Assembly (NCBI RefSeq): GCF_009914755.1
Contig: NC_060934.1
Length of the DNA stretch: 64,000 nucleotides
DNA from: the human T2T-CHM13v2.0 reference genome, Homo sapiens
Direction: 5' to 3' (one strand)
The notes beneath the pieces were generated by a model that saw only the letters and a program-made list of their open reading frames with translations, made no database searches and had not been told where the DNA came from. The position numbers were made by a program, and so were the translations under genes. Positions within the stretch are counted from its first letter, which is position 1. Every line of letters starts with the position of its first letter. Of the stretch, positions 46,419 to 59,718 are shown piece after piece.

Positions 46419-46588
46419 TTTTTTATTTATTTATTTTGAGACAGAGTCTCACTCTGTTGTCCAGGCTGGAGTGCAGTGGTGCCTCAAACCTCCGCTCACT
46501 GCAGCCTCCACCTCCCAGGTTCAAGCAATTCTCCTGCCTCAGCCTCCTGAGTAGCTGGGATTACAGGCGCATGCTACCACACCCGGCC
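46419..46588 (-). mobile_element. Alu right-arm monomer
   Basis: TSD tggatcaattatc/tgggtcaattatc. Confidence 0.9.
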
Positions 46589-46639
46589 TGGGTCAATTAT
46601 CAATCAATAATTCCAATATTATTGGAAATGTTGCTTTCC

Positions 46640-46930
46640 AAATTAATAATAACTCCTAATTATAGAGCCTTTACTATGTGCTAGGTACTGGGCTAAGCTC
46701 GTTAACATATAAGGTCTTGCTTAATACTTACCACATACTAAGGTAGTGTTATTATCTCTACTAATACAGGTATTTATATTTATTAATTTATAAATGAGAA
46801 ATCGAGGTTAAGAGAAAGTGAGTAACTTGTTTGATGTTACCAAGCTTGGAAGAGCCTAGCAAGCACCTCTCTACCGCTGTCTGACTCACGCTCCCTGAGA
46901 ATCTTACTGTGGCTTTAACTTCATTTTCTA
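46640..46930 (-). mobile_element. MIR
   Basis: 'ttactatgtgctaggtactgggctaagc', 'aaatgagaaatcgaggttaagaga'. Confidence 0.8.
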
Positions 46931-47048
46931 AACTGCCAGGACAGGAAGGACTTTCTGGTAAGATAGGAATGGGTTTTAGCGAATGTCTACAGTAGCTTCC
47001 TATCGTCTTCAGCCGCTGCTCTGCCAAGCTACTATCAGGGCACAGCCT

Positions 47049-47474
47049 TATAAAAGAAAAATAAAAACCCAGGACCCCAATTCATGCTCCCAAAAGAAAA
47101 AAAAGTAAGCTGAAAGCTGAATCATGCAAGAAGATACTTTCCCTTTTGTTCCTAAGTAGACAGCTACAGATAAAAGGTTAACTATCTCCACAGGGAGCAA
47201 CTCTATGTTCATTTTATCTTGTGAGAAGTGCCGATTTACTGAGCTCAGGAGCATGTGTCACTGCCTCTTCCCCTACCTGCTCCTTTTCTCTTGCAACCTG
47301 TAGATTACCACGGCCTCCCGCTTTTCCTCTAGCCTGCTTTTCCCCTTTAAAACTAAAACCCTCAACATCATCTTTGGAGAAAGGGACAGACCTGTCTCCC
47401 CAGTGCATCCTTAACTTTGGCAAAATAAACTTGTAAACTGATTGAGACCTGTCTCAGACACTTTTTGGTTTACA
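47049..47474 (+). mobile_element. ERV1 solo LTR, MER4C-like
   Basis: Ends 'aataaacttgtaaactgattgagacctgtctcagacactttttggtttaca'; perfect 4-bp TSD gcct. Confidence 0.88.
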
Positions 47475-47499
47475 GCCTGATGCTTTTGTAGTTATGGCT

Positions 47500-48206
47500 G
47501 CTTGATAGAGTAGAGGCCGTTGCTGCCCCAATTACATTCTCTCCACGTGCCAGCTCATCAGCCTGTATCTTCTAACAACTCACAGCTGCCTCCATTCTAA
47601 AGAATCCCCCATTCCCCCTGTCAGACCTAGGAGCCTTGCATAACCCACCCACCCACCCTAACAGGCCTTGGCGGACGTTGGACAAGCTCAAACCAGCCCC
47701 TTCACCTCAAGGTAGGATGCAGCTCTGGTGCAATGTACTCCAGGGTGTCCCCATGCGGTCTCCATCGGAGACTACATTCTCGCTTAGCTTCCCCAACCCC
47801 AAACCTCCCCTTTTCTCTTATTCTCCTTTCTTTCTTTCTTTTTTGAGATGTAGTCTTGCTCTGTCGCACAGACTGGAGTGCAGTGGTGCGATCTCGGTTC
47901 ACTAAAACCTCTGCTTCCTGGGTTCAAGTGAATCTCCTACTTCAGCCTCACGAGTAGCTGGGATTACAGGCGTGTGCCAGCACGCCTGGCTAATTTTTGT
48001 ATTTTTAGTAGAGATGGGGTCTCACCATGTTGGCCAGGCTGGTCTCAGGTCCTGATTTCAAGTGATCTGCCCACCTTGGCCTCCCAAACCATTGGGATTA
48101 TAGGCGTGAGCCACTGTGCCCGGCCTTTTCTGAGGGTACAAGCCAATAAGTCACTGAATAAGATCCTCATTTTAGGATCTGCTTCTAGGAAATCTGAGCT
48201 AAGACA
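47500..48206 (+). mobile_element. ERVL LTR16-like LTR, interrupted by an Alu
   Basis: 3' end 'tctgcttctaggaaatctgagctaagaca'; left boundary approximate. Confidence 0.6.
47821..48125 (-). mobile_element. AluS
   Basis: Antisense dimer. Confidence 0.94.
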
Positions 48207-48238
48207 GTGGGCATGGTTGAAAGTTTTTCTATGCTCTA

Positions 48239-48363
48239 ATACTTAATTCAAAGTACTTATAGTACTTAATTTTTTTGAATTAAGTATATTATAGTATAGT
48301 ACTTAAGTAAAAAATTAAGTACTTACAGTACTTAATTCAAAGTACTTAATTAAGTACTTAATT
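48239..48363. repeat. AT-rich array of nested palindromes built on AGTACT
   Basis: Several direct and inverted repeats (see findings). Confidence 0.92.
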
Positions 48364-48493
48364 TTAAAAAACCCAACATTTAAAGGCTTGGAATTCAAAT
48401 AATTCCAAGTTATGGAAGGTGTAATATTCTAAACAGTGGCTTCAAAGAGGCTGTTTTGGCTAATCTAATTGAGACATAGTAAATGGCTTAACA

Positions 48494-48816
48494 CAGGTTG
48501 AGAATCCCTTATTTGAAATGCTGAAGTGTTTCAGATTTTGGATTTTTTTAAATTTTGGAATAGGGTGGGACCCAAATCTAAACACAACATTTATTTATGT
48601 TTTATATTCACCTTATATCATAACCTGGAGGTAGTTTTATACAATATTTTAAACAATTTGTGCATGAAACAAAGTACTGACTGAGTTTTGACTAGAATTC
48701 ATCACATGATGTCAGGTGCATAATTTTCCACTTGTAGAGTCACATTGGTGCTCAAAAAGTTTCAAATTTTAGAGCAGTTCAGATTTTGGACTTTCAGATT
48801 AGGGATGTTCAACATG
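48494..48816 (+). mobile_element. TcMar-Tigger relic, Tigger4b (Zombi)-like
   Basis: Terminal inverted repeats caggttgagaatccct / agggatgttcaacatg; internal 'gggacccaaatctaaacac'. Confidence 0.85.
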
Positions 48817-50372
48817 TCCCTTCTATTTGGGCTGCTGCTTCTTGTCATACATTTACAAAAACATTGTGCTATCTCCTCGGAGAATCTGTCATACAGACAG
48901 TTCCCACTTGGTGCACTATGATTGTGATAGCTCCAGTTCTCCAGGGTTTCCAGGCATATGAAGGACAGTGTCTCTTTCCCTCTCATAATGTCTAAAATGT
49001 GTCCTTTTTTTCTTCCCCAAGGGGAAGCATCTTCTCATGGTTTTCTGTTTGCCTTGGCTCCCACGCTGGTTGCTAAATCAGGCTCCAAATAAGACTGTGG
49101 TAATTGCACTGAGGAACTGTGACTATGCCGTTCTGTGTTGCCCTGAAGCAATAACAACAATTCCTTGAGCTAAATAAATATATATACTTTTTCCAAAAGG
49201 ACCAATTTTAGCAATTTGGAAGATAAGTTTCTCAAACAAACAAACAAACAAACAAACAAAAAAACCACACACAAAAACCCACTATTGGCTGTTAAGGGAA
49301 AGTATCTGTTTGGGGAAACCACCAAAAGGACTAGGAATTTCATTTCCACCAGTTAATCATTTACAATTTTTAAGTCTAGGCAGGCAAACAAGGTCCATGA
49401 CAAAAAGATAAGAAAGTTGGAGAGCATCATAGGAACATTTACAAGTTCAAAGTCTAGCGATTAGTCTACGTGGCTGATGTGGTCAATTTCATGGTTTCCA
49501 TTTCCCCCCACGGTGCACAGTGTGGGTTGTGTCTTCAGGGCAATGTGAGGATGACAGCGGGAATGGTTTCAGGATTTCTCCACGGCACTAAGCTCTTACT
49601 CAGCTGTGGGCCCTCCTGACATTTACTTAAGACAGAGCACTCTGTCTTCACCTCTACAACTTTCCCTATGTCCAAGTGGTTTTATGCCCATTTGTTGTAA
49701 TCTTGATTTACTTAATTTCTTTACACACATCTGCCTATTGATGAATCCCATCTCCCTTCCCCAAATTTTTATAACCTTTCCTTTCTGATTCAACTTATTC
49801 CAGATCCTGGTAACCTGCAGTTTTTCCCTTTCTGTACAGCCTATCTCTAGGTGAGTTCCAGAATGACTGTTAACAATGCAGTTGGTATAATCCTGTAGCT
49901 CACTAGCAAAATTTATAGAGAACCAAAAAAAGTCTGTTGCCATTTTTTCAGGAGTATTGGTATATAAATCCAAAATTACTTCTTTCCAGTTATAAATTTT
50001 AAAAACATTTATTTTAATAGTGTTTTTAAATACAAAAACATTGGAGGCATGATGTAAATTCATCTGTAATCCTACCTTTCAGAGATATTTGTCTTAGACT
50101 TTTGGTACCTTTGCTTTAAAAAAATTACAATAATTGAGATCATTTTGTACATCAGTTCTTTAATATGCTATTTTTCACTTGACACTAATTTATAATTATT
50201 TCCCAAGTCACTGAAGTTATTATTGAAGCATGATTTTAAAGGATTCATCATATTGTATTATGTGGCTTCATCATAATTTACTCTACCATTCCTTTGATAT
50301 AGACCTTTCCAATTTTGCTATTGTAAATAATACTATAACAAATACTTTCCCCCATATGTCTGGGGCATTTTA

Positions 50373-50666
50373 TTTTATTTTATTGAGATAGAGTTTTGCT
50401 CTGTTGCCCAGGCTGGAGTACAGTGGTGTGATCTTAGCTCACTACAACCTCTACGTCCCAGGCTCATGCAGTCCTCCCACCTCAGCCTCCTGAGTAGCTG
50501 TGACTACAAGCACATGCCAACACACCCAGCTAATTTTTGTATTTTTTCTACAGATAGGGTTTTTTCATGTTGCTCAGGCTTGTCTTGAGCTCCTGGGCTC
50601 AAGTGATCCACCCACCTCGGGCTCACAAATTGCTGGAACTACAGGTGTAAGCCACCATGCTGGACC
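50373..50666 (-). mobile_element. AluJ
   Basis: TSD tctggggcatttta/tctagggcatttta. Confidence 0.94.
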
Positions 50667-50724
50667 TCTAGGGCATTTTATCATAATAGGGGATTCTTGA
50701 AGACCACAAGAAATGTCTCTTTGT

Positions 50725-50873
50725 GGCTAGGTACAGTGGCTTGAGCCTATAGTCCCAGCTACTTGGGAATGAGATTAGGCCTCAAGGATTGTGTGAGTCC
50801 AGGAGCTCAAGTCCAGAGTCCAGTCTGGGCAACATAGTGAGATCCTTTTCTTCTTAAAGAAAAAGAGAAAAAA
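50725..50873 (+). mobile_element. Alu monomer (FLAM_A-like)
   Basis: Single diverged arm; TSD core gtctctttg. Confidence 0.82.
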
Positions 50874-51378
50874 GAAGGGTCTCTTTGACACTGAACTGCA
50901 GGAATTGGCTACAGGCAGCAGTTATACTTTTGAAGAGATAAGGGGCTCTTGCTTTGCTTGCTTGTTGAAATGTTAGCTATTTTTGAGGATGTTTGAAGCC
51001 AGAGATATCAAGCAACTGCTGTTGACACCTGCTTAGGTTATCACTTAGGTAAGTCAGATGAAAGTTGACCAATTTTCAACTAGTAAACCGAGTTTGCAGG
51101 CTTCCTAGTTTCTATCTTCCATGCATTATTCCAGAATGAGAGTAAGGCTGGCCCTTCTGTGAGTGTTGATGTAGTGTTCCCTATTGTCTAATACACTGTA
51201 TCTCCCCTCAGTGATGATCTGTCAAAGGAAGAAACACATCCATGAATAAAGTGCTCTCCAAAGTGAGATGTGTCCCAGGTAGAAGTGACACCCTTATCCC
51301 CTCCTTGCTCCCGTCATTGTATTTCAGATGGCTGCATTCGTTTGAAGTTCTTCCCTGTAGAGTTCCGTGGAAGGACCC

Positions 51379-51402
51379 TGACTCCCTCTAGTGGACAGCG
51401 CC
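51379..51402 (-). promoter_or_regulatory. Candidate CTCF site overlapping a REST RE1 right half-site
   Basis: Minus strand TGTCCACTAGAGGGAGTCA; plus strand GGACAGCGCC at 51393-51402; local CpG retention. Confidence 0.55.
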
Positions 51403-51841
51403 ACTAGGCAAACAATAATTCCGCCCGGCAAAGTCCAGAAGCCAGGAGTAAGTGTCCTTAAATGCCCTCTTGAAATAATGGAAGCTGTGTTTCTGAAGGA
51501 GACTCTTCCCAGTCCACAGAAGTTTTTGTCTTTAGCGGGCCATCTGTGTCGACTGCTGCCACAAGACATCAGGGGATTTTTTTTTTCCTTCAGGGCAGCA
51601 ATTAATTCAATAATCTACAGAGTTGTGTTTCTTTTTCACTAGCGTTGGAGACTTGTTATGTCCAGATTTACTTTATGCCACAGGCAAGAGGCATTACTAA
51701 TGTGAACAGAACCCAAAAGAAACAAGCTATGAATCTGAGAATGCTCATATAAAGGACTGGAAAAAAGTCATAAAATCATTCTTTTGCTTTAAAAAAAATT
51801 CATTAGGAATGTAGAGAAAAACAGAAGAGACTGTTACAAGC

Positions 51842-52198
51842 TGTCTTAATCTGTTTTGTGCTGCTATAATAGAGTACCATAGACTGGGTAATTTATAAAG
51901 AACAGAGGTTAACTTCTTACAGTTCTGGAGGCTGGGAAGTCCCCTATCAAGGTGACAGCACCTGGTGAGGGCCTTCTTGCTGTTCTTGCTCTGTCATCCC
52001 ATGGTGGAAGAACAAAAGAGCACGAGAGAGAGAGAGACAGAGAAAAAGAGACAACTTGAAGACTTGAAGCCCGAAGTCCTTCTATAGTTGGCACCATGAC
52101 CTAAATATCTCCTATTAGGGCCCACATCCCAACACTATTGCATTGGGGATTATGTTTCCAACACATGTTTTTTTGGGGGACACATTCAAGCCACAGCA
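51842..52198 (-). mobile_element. MST (C/D-like) solo LTR
   Basis: tgtctta...cacattcaagccacagca; TSD caagc/caagg. Confidence 0.88.
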
Positions 52199-52379
52199 CA
52201 AGGATTACTGGAAAACCATATACTATGTCCGAAGGGTCTATAATATGTTTTTCTCACAGTTCATCCAATCACCTCAGATAACCATCCTGACATTTTAAGA
52301 AGGAATTCAGAAGCTTCTATGTATGAATTGTCTAAATCGTTTATTGGTCTCTACATGTGCTTATAACGAAGTCTTGGTA

Positions 52380-52540
52380 ATCCAGATAATACAACCTGGT
52401 TCCTGGCAGTGGACCTATACCTCCTACGTATCTACCTACCTAGGGCAAACTGCTTGGAAACGCTGGGTCTAGATGTTCTTATTTGTAAAATTACAGGGTT
52501 GAATTAGATGAGATGTAAACAGCTCTTCTAGTTCTAAGTC
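52380..52540 (+). mobile_element. MIR (MIR3-like)
   Basis: 'atttgtaaaattacagggttgaattagatga...cttctagttctaa'. Confidence 0.65.
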
Positions 52541-54283
52541 CATATGAAAAATAACATGTAGTCTCTTCTTAGAGGACACCTAAGGGAAGATTTCTTTCCA
52601 CTGTTGTCTGCCACCATCACTGTTTGCCTGTGATCTAAGGCAAGTTCCGTCAACAGAGCGGGAAACATTTCCTTTTTCTCATTCCTGGCTCAAGTGTCCT
52701 CTAAATGTGCCATTGCTGTTCTGACCAGGGCATTTGAGCATTTCAAATCTGTACTTGTTGAAGAACAGACAGCCTCTAGTACTTAACGTGCAGCTGCAAT
52801 GGGTGAAGAAAAATGCCCCCATTTTATGGGAATCTCAAGAATGGGATGGCTGTATGTGAATCCTTTGTCTTTGATTTAAACTGAGACAACAGTGAACACT
52901 ATAGCTCTGACCTGTGCAAATACAATAAGCACTTCAGCCCAGAAACAGTTTTACCTCTTGTATTAGGTTGGGCTTTCAGTATGTATTTGAAGAGGAGCTA
53001 TTTATGGGCTTGCAAAGTGCTGGAGGAAAGGAATTTAAAGGACGTCCTTGAGCGAATTCAGGGGGTTTTATTTCAAAAGGCCAAACTGTGCATTAACCCT
53101 TCACTTCCTGGCACATACCACCTACACGCTGCTCTTCCAGAGGTCTGGGAGAAATGGGTGATTAGGTAGCGGGTGGGGAGGGCAGGATTCACTTGCATGG
53201 TCTTGAGAAAGTCACTTCCTCAGTGTGACGGCTCTTGCTCTGGCTGATGGGGACCTGTGGAATTGGGAAGAAAAAGCAGTTGAAGAAGAGGAAGTCTTTT
53301 TGAGTAGGGATGAGGGTGCATTGACACTGACTAGTTTATTTGCACATCATTCAAGACTTGGTATTTTTTTAAAATCTTGATATTTTCATTTAGTCATAGT
53401 GGAAGAATGCATGAATTTTTTTTGAAATAAAGTAGACTACTACTGCATTGGCATGCCCATTGTAAAATATAACTATAGTAGATTTTAAAATAAAAACAAT
53501 TTGTTTGTTGGACAAAACTGCAATTAGTCCAGGCTCAGTTTATTGGAACGCCTGCAGAATCACCTTTCTGCCTGCTTAGGTGCAGACAATAAACACTGTG
53601 ATGTAACCATGTCATTTTGGTTTTAGTCTGTTCTGTTTTCAGTGTACTTATTTAACATCTTTGAGCTTGAATTAGAGAAAGTAAGAAAATAAATCCTTTA
53701 TTTGACCACTGGTTACCTTTTTAAAAATTTGATGAGGGAGGTGGCTGAACCCCCGTTAGAGTAGGGCAGTAATACGGTTCCCAAAATATTTGCATGTGAT
53801 GCAAGTTAATAAACGACACCCCAGAAAAAAAGGTTCTGTGCTCTAATGAATTTAGTATTTCTCAAAGGGAACAAAGTAATCCCTGTTCTCTCTGGAACCT
53901 CAGCTGACCCTGCCGCTGTGTCATCCCATGCCTGGCGATAGAAGAAATGAGAGCATCCTTGTGCCCCCTGGCACTTGGACTTGGTCGGAGGAAATTTGCT
54001 GGTCTGTTGCTAGGGAGTATGTGTCTCCTGATCAAATGACTGGACTCCAGTGTTGAAGAATGGCTACACTGAAAGGCGCAGACACCTCACTGTACATCAG
54101 ACCCTGCTGTCTCCCAGGCCACCTGGTATATATTCTGCCACGGCCAAGTCAGGCTGGACGTGAGAACCCTGCGCTGGGCCCCGTGTTTTAGAAGACGCTG
54201 CCCTGACTCTCCTTCAGCTGATCCCCTCCCCAGAGGGCAATGAAACTATGCCCACTCAGAGCCTGCAGCCCTTCTTTCTAGAT

Positions 54284-54468
54284 CAGTAGTTCTCAGAATG
54301 TGGTCCTCCAAACAGTAGCATCACATCACCTAGGAATTTGCTAGAAATGCACATTCTTTTCTCCCAACTCAGAACTCCTGAATCAAAAATTCTGAAGGAT
54401 GGCTCCTGTAGTCAGTTTTTTAACACCACTGTTGGTGATTTCGATGCTTGCTCAAGTTTCAGAACTGT
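54284..54468. mobile_element. MER5A-like hAT-Charlie relic
   Basis: cagtagttctca...'ggaatttgctagaaatgcacattct'...'ctcaagtttcagaactg'. Confidence 0.85.
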
Positions 54469-54888
54469 TCTGAGCTAAACCACGCTCTGGGATGCCCGAG
54501 ACCCAGGAATTCTCTATTCAAAGGGCTCTGCCCACCTTGAGGGCTGGCACCAGCCTCCTTCCTGGGTCTTGGAAGAGATGTGCTTCCAGTGGCCAAAAGC
54601 AGCTCTCCCAGGAAAGTTGAGAGCTAGACAGTGCTTGAACTGGTAGGTAGGTTGTTCACAATTATACCTTCTATATCTAAGTCATTATTAAAGTACATTT
54701 TTAAAGTATGAGGACAGAACATGATTTATTTAAGTTTGTTCGCTTGATTTCACATCTGTTTAGACATATGGAATACAGGCCTCCATTTTTACTCTTGTCC
54801 TGGCCTTTGCAAATATTAGAGATGAGCATGCTGCTAAAAGTCTATATTCATTCATTCATTCACCCACTCATTCATTTATTCATTTATT

Positions 54889-55495
54889 TGATGTCTATCT
54901 CTTCATTGATAGTGTCTATTTAAGGTGACATCATCATCACACCTTTCTTTACTTCTTTAATCTTGGCTTCCTTTAGTTCTCTGAATAGATTTATAATGGC
55001 CTTTTTGAAGCCATTTTCTGTTAATCCCATAATCGATTTGTTCTCTCAGGCAGTTTGTATCACCGGTCTGGTGTATGGGTCATACTTATCTGTTTCTTTG
55101 CATGTCTTGTAATATTTTTGTTAGAAACTGGACGTATTGTAGTAAACTCTGAGTACTGATTCTCCTCTGCCCTGCCCCAGAACTTGTTATTGTTCTTTGC
55201 TTGTTTATTTGTTTAGTGACTGCCTATATTAGTTAAGTGTTCCCCTGTCCCCAGCCCACTGGTATCATCTGCCTCACTGAGCTAGGAAGGGGCAGAAAGA
55301 GAATAGTCTTGGCTCAAATACCATACTCTTCTTTTTCTTACTGAATTTTCATAGATTTTCTTGAATAGGTGTATCTTCTTTTGCTGTATGTCTTTAGGCT
55401 TTATGTGGTTGTTTTAAAAATAATTTTCACCAATTTCACTGGGAAGCAGGCCTGCAGAGCTCCCCATATTGTGCTGCCAGACGTTGATCTTTGTA
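54889..55495 (-). mobile_element. Ancient L1M fragment splitting an L2 3' end
   Basis: 'gggtcatacttatctgtttctttgcatgtcttg'; L2 (ATTC)n tail on the left, L2 body resumes at ~55833. Confidence 0.6.
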
Positions 55496-55498
55496 TTA

Positions 55499-55829
<331 letters not shown>

Positions 55830-56674
55830 AAACATTATATTGAGCATCTACTATATATCAGGTGCTATACTAAGTGTTGGGAGTACAGTGGTGAACAAAA
55901 GGAACACAGTCTTTTAGTTTGTGACCTAGCCATGTGTTTGGCATATGTGGGGAACTCAATAAATATCAAATAAATAAATGACTAATAAATAAGTGTTTAC
56001 ATTTTGTTTCACAAGAGATCTGAGAAATTCCTAGAATATCTTGATAGCTGAGTTTCCAGATATCTAGAGGCACTAGGAGTGCTATGAGGACAATATCTTC
56101 TTACAATAATCTTGTTCTATCACGATATTTGCACAATCTTCTTCTAATCCCAACTGTTTCAAAAGAGTACAGGTGGCAGTTACTATCATTATTTCCTATT
56201 AATTTTTTCTTTCTGCCTTTGGGGACCTTCATTAAGGGTTAAAAGTGTGCTCTTATCACAAGGCTGCAGGTTTGGTGACTGCTAGAACACACTCTTGGCG
56301 TGGTCTTGGCCAGAAAAACCTTATTTTGGGTTGTGCAATTTCAGAAGATCTGTTTGTACTCATCTCCCTGGAGTTCTCTAATTTACATTTTCATCTAGAA
56401 TCTGATATGTCCTTTCCAATGACCTAGAATGTGATTTCTTCCTGATTCTTATTGTTCTTTTAGGAAGGCACTACAGAAATGCTGGAGCTGAACTCTGATA
56501 AGAGGAAAAATGAGGTATCTAGTCCCAGAAAAACCTTGCTGCTCTTGCTCTGACCCTAGCACTTCATTGGTGAAGGAAAAGTTGGAACAGTTGTGCAGGT
56601 GGGTTGTATTTGGCCAGATGGGTCTGAGGACATATTAGAGTAACTGGAAAGGTTTATCAGAATAGATATATTCT

Positions 56675-57014
<340 letters not shown>

Positions 57015-57539
57015 TCAGAGTCTGAAGTGAGTGTAGCAGTGGGGTTGGGTACTTAAGGGATTCAAGGAGTAAACAAGATGGATGTAGGTTGAAAAATCTC
57101 TCCCCCAAAATACAGATTTAATTTTGGATAACTAATTGGGTACCCCCGGAAGCTTGCAGATCAAGACTATAGTTTCAGTAAATCTCCAAATAAACATGTC
57201 CTGCCTCCAGCTCATTATGTCTGTTTGTGCCCTGAACTAAGGTACATCTAGACCCAGTGATAAACATGTTATTTTAATAGCCAGGAGAAGTGCTAAATTA
57301 GCAACCCTGGAGAATAGCACCCTCCATGCACAAAATGAAGCAACAGTCCTCTTCCTGGAACTTAAGAAAGCCAGGCAAGAAGGAATTGGACTGGCTGGTT
57401 GGTAAACTTCTCTGGATTGCAAGGTGGGGATTTTTTTTTTTTTTTTTTTACATAAAAGCAGTTCTTCAAATATATAATTAAATGTATTTTACTTTTAGGA
57501 TTTCCTAAGAATTTTCATATGCTTAAGATAAACCCTTAT

Positions 57540-58620
57540 CATTCATATGTTCATTCATTTACTTCATCCATACAGCCAGCACTTATGTGCTAATTATATG
57601 CCAGACACTGTTCCAGGCACTAAGATAAAGATGTAAGATACAGCTGGGTGTGGTGGCTCACGCCTGTCATCCAGGCACTTTGGGAGGCCGAGGCAGGTGG
57701 ATCTCTTGAGGTGAAGAGTTCAAGACAAGCTTGGCCAACATGGTGAAACCCCATCTCTACTAAAAATACAAAAATTAGCCGAGTGTGGTGGCATGTGCCT
57801 GTGGTCCCAGCTACTTGGGAGGCTGAGGCAGGAGAATCGCTTGAACTTGGTGGGGGCGGAACTTGCAGTGAGCCAAGATTGCACCACTGCACTCCAGCCT
57901 GGGCGACAGAGAGAGACTCCATCTAAAAAAAAAAAAAAGATGTAAATGTAGATATAAGATACAGTCATTGACCTCAGGAAGTCCACAGTCCAATAGGGTT
58001 AATGGATCTGTAGGCACATAATTATAATTTGGCAACATTCACAGAGTGATAGAGGGCTCTTTGGGAATATAAAAGAGAAGAACCTAATTCTGATTGGGTG
58101 GACGGGTGTTTCAGAGGAGGCTTCTGGGAGGAAAGGACACTTACACTGAGTCTTCAAAGATGAGTAGGAATCAGCCAGAGCCTAGAGGGATGGCCATAAG
58201 AATCTGGGCATAACATGAGCCTATACACAGACACCGAGGTGAGAAACTGAGAAACCTCATGGGCATGTTTGGAAGAGTGCAAGAGCTTCGTTCGGTAAAT
58301 CATTCACTGGAAGGTGAGGAGTGAGAAATGGTGGTACTCTTCTAGAGAGTCTTTTGTGGCTCATTAAGGAGCTTGGACTTTCCTTTCTAGGCAAAGAGCA
58401 GTTATTAAAATGTGTTATACAGTGAGGAGGCATGGTTAGGCTGTTGGAATTGGGTAAAGTGGATTGGGGATAATACTGGAGGCAGGGAAACCAGAAGGCT
58501 GTTGATTGATACATGGAAAGGGAGGGTTAGATTTGAGAAATAGTTGAGAGTTATTATCTGGAACGACTGGAGGTTGATTGAATGTAGGGATAACGCAGAG
58601 GGAGTACTGGATGATTGTCA
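57540..58620 (-). mobile_element. L2, interrupted by an Alu
   Basis: (TTCA)n 3' end, 'tatgccagacactgttccaggcact', 'ctgagtcttcaaagatgagtagga'. Confidence 0.8.
57642..57938 (+). mobile_element. AluS
   Basis: TSD core aaagatgtaa. Confidence 0.94.
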
Positions 58621-58661
58621 AACCCCGCATACCACAGCCAACCTCACCTTAAGAACAAACC

Positions 58662-58840
<179 letters not shown>

Positions 58841-58877
58841 TCAGAATTCTTTTTTTTTCATTTTTAATTTTTGTGGT

Positions 58878-58913
58878 TACATAGTAGATGTATATATATA
58901 CATCTACTATGTA
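58878..58913. repeat. Perfect 36-bp palindrome
   Basis: tacatagtagatgtatat|atatacatctactatgta. Confidence 0.95.
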
Positions 58914-59418
58914 TATATATACATCTATGGAGTTCATGAGGTGTTTTGATATAGGCATGCAATGAGTAATAATCACATAATGTAAAATGTGATATCCATC
59001 CCTTCAAGCATTTATCCTTTGTGTTATAAACAATCCAATTATACTCTTTTTGTTATTTTAAAATGTACAAATAAATTATTATTGACTTAAGTCATCTTGT
59101 TGTACTATCAAATACTAGGACTTATTCATTCTTTCTAACAGTTTTTTTGTACCCATTAACCATCTCCATCTCCCGCTGCCCCACTACCCTTTCCAGCCTC
59201 CAGTAACCATTCTTCAACTCTTTATCCGCATTTCAATTGTTTTGATTTTTAGATCCCACAAATAAGTGAGAACATGCAATGTTTGTCTTTCTGTGCCTGG
59301 CTTGTTTCACTTAGCATAATGACCTCCAGTTTCATCCATGTTGTTGTGAGTGACATGATCTCATTCTTTTTTTATGGCTGAATAGTACCTCATTGTGTAT
59401 AAGTGCCACATTTTCTTT

Positions 59419-59718
59419 TCTTTTCTTTTTTTTTTTTTGAGACAGGGTCTTGCTCTGTCGCCCAGGCTGGAGGGCAGTGGCGTGATCTCAGCTCACTGCA
59501 ACCTCCACCTCCCGGCTTCAAGCAGTTCTCTGCCTCAGCCTCCCGAGCAGCTGGGATTACAGGCACCCACGACCATGCCCAGCTAATTTTTGTATTTTTA
59601 GTACAGATGGGGTTTCACCGTGTTGGCCAGGCTGGTCTCGAACCCCTTGACCTCGTGATCCGTCCACCTCGGCCTCCCAAAGTGCAGGGATTACAGGCGT
59701 GAGCCACCGCGCCCAGCC
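59419..59718 (-). mobile_element. AluS (Sg/Sc-like) in the L1
   Basis: 18-bp TSD aagt(g/a)ccacattttcttt. Confidence 0.95.

Noticed and set aside
49623-50063. 146-aa minus-strand ORF
   Set aside because: No recognisable domain; length compatible with chance
54225-54240. Second CTCF-like motif TCCCCAGAGGGCA
   Set aside because: Two mismatches in the core and no other support
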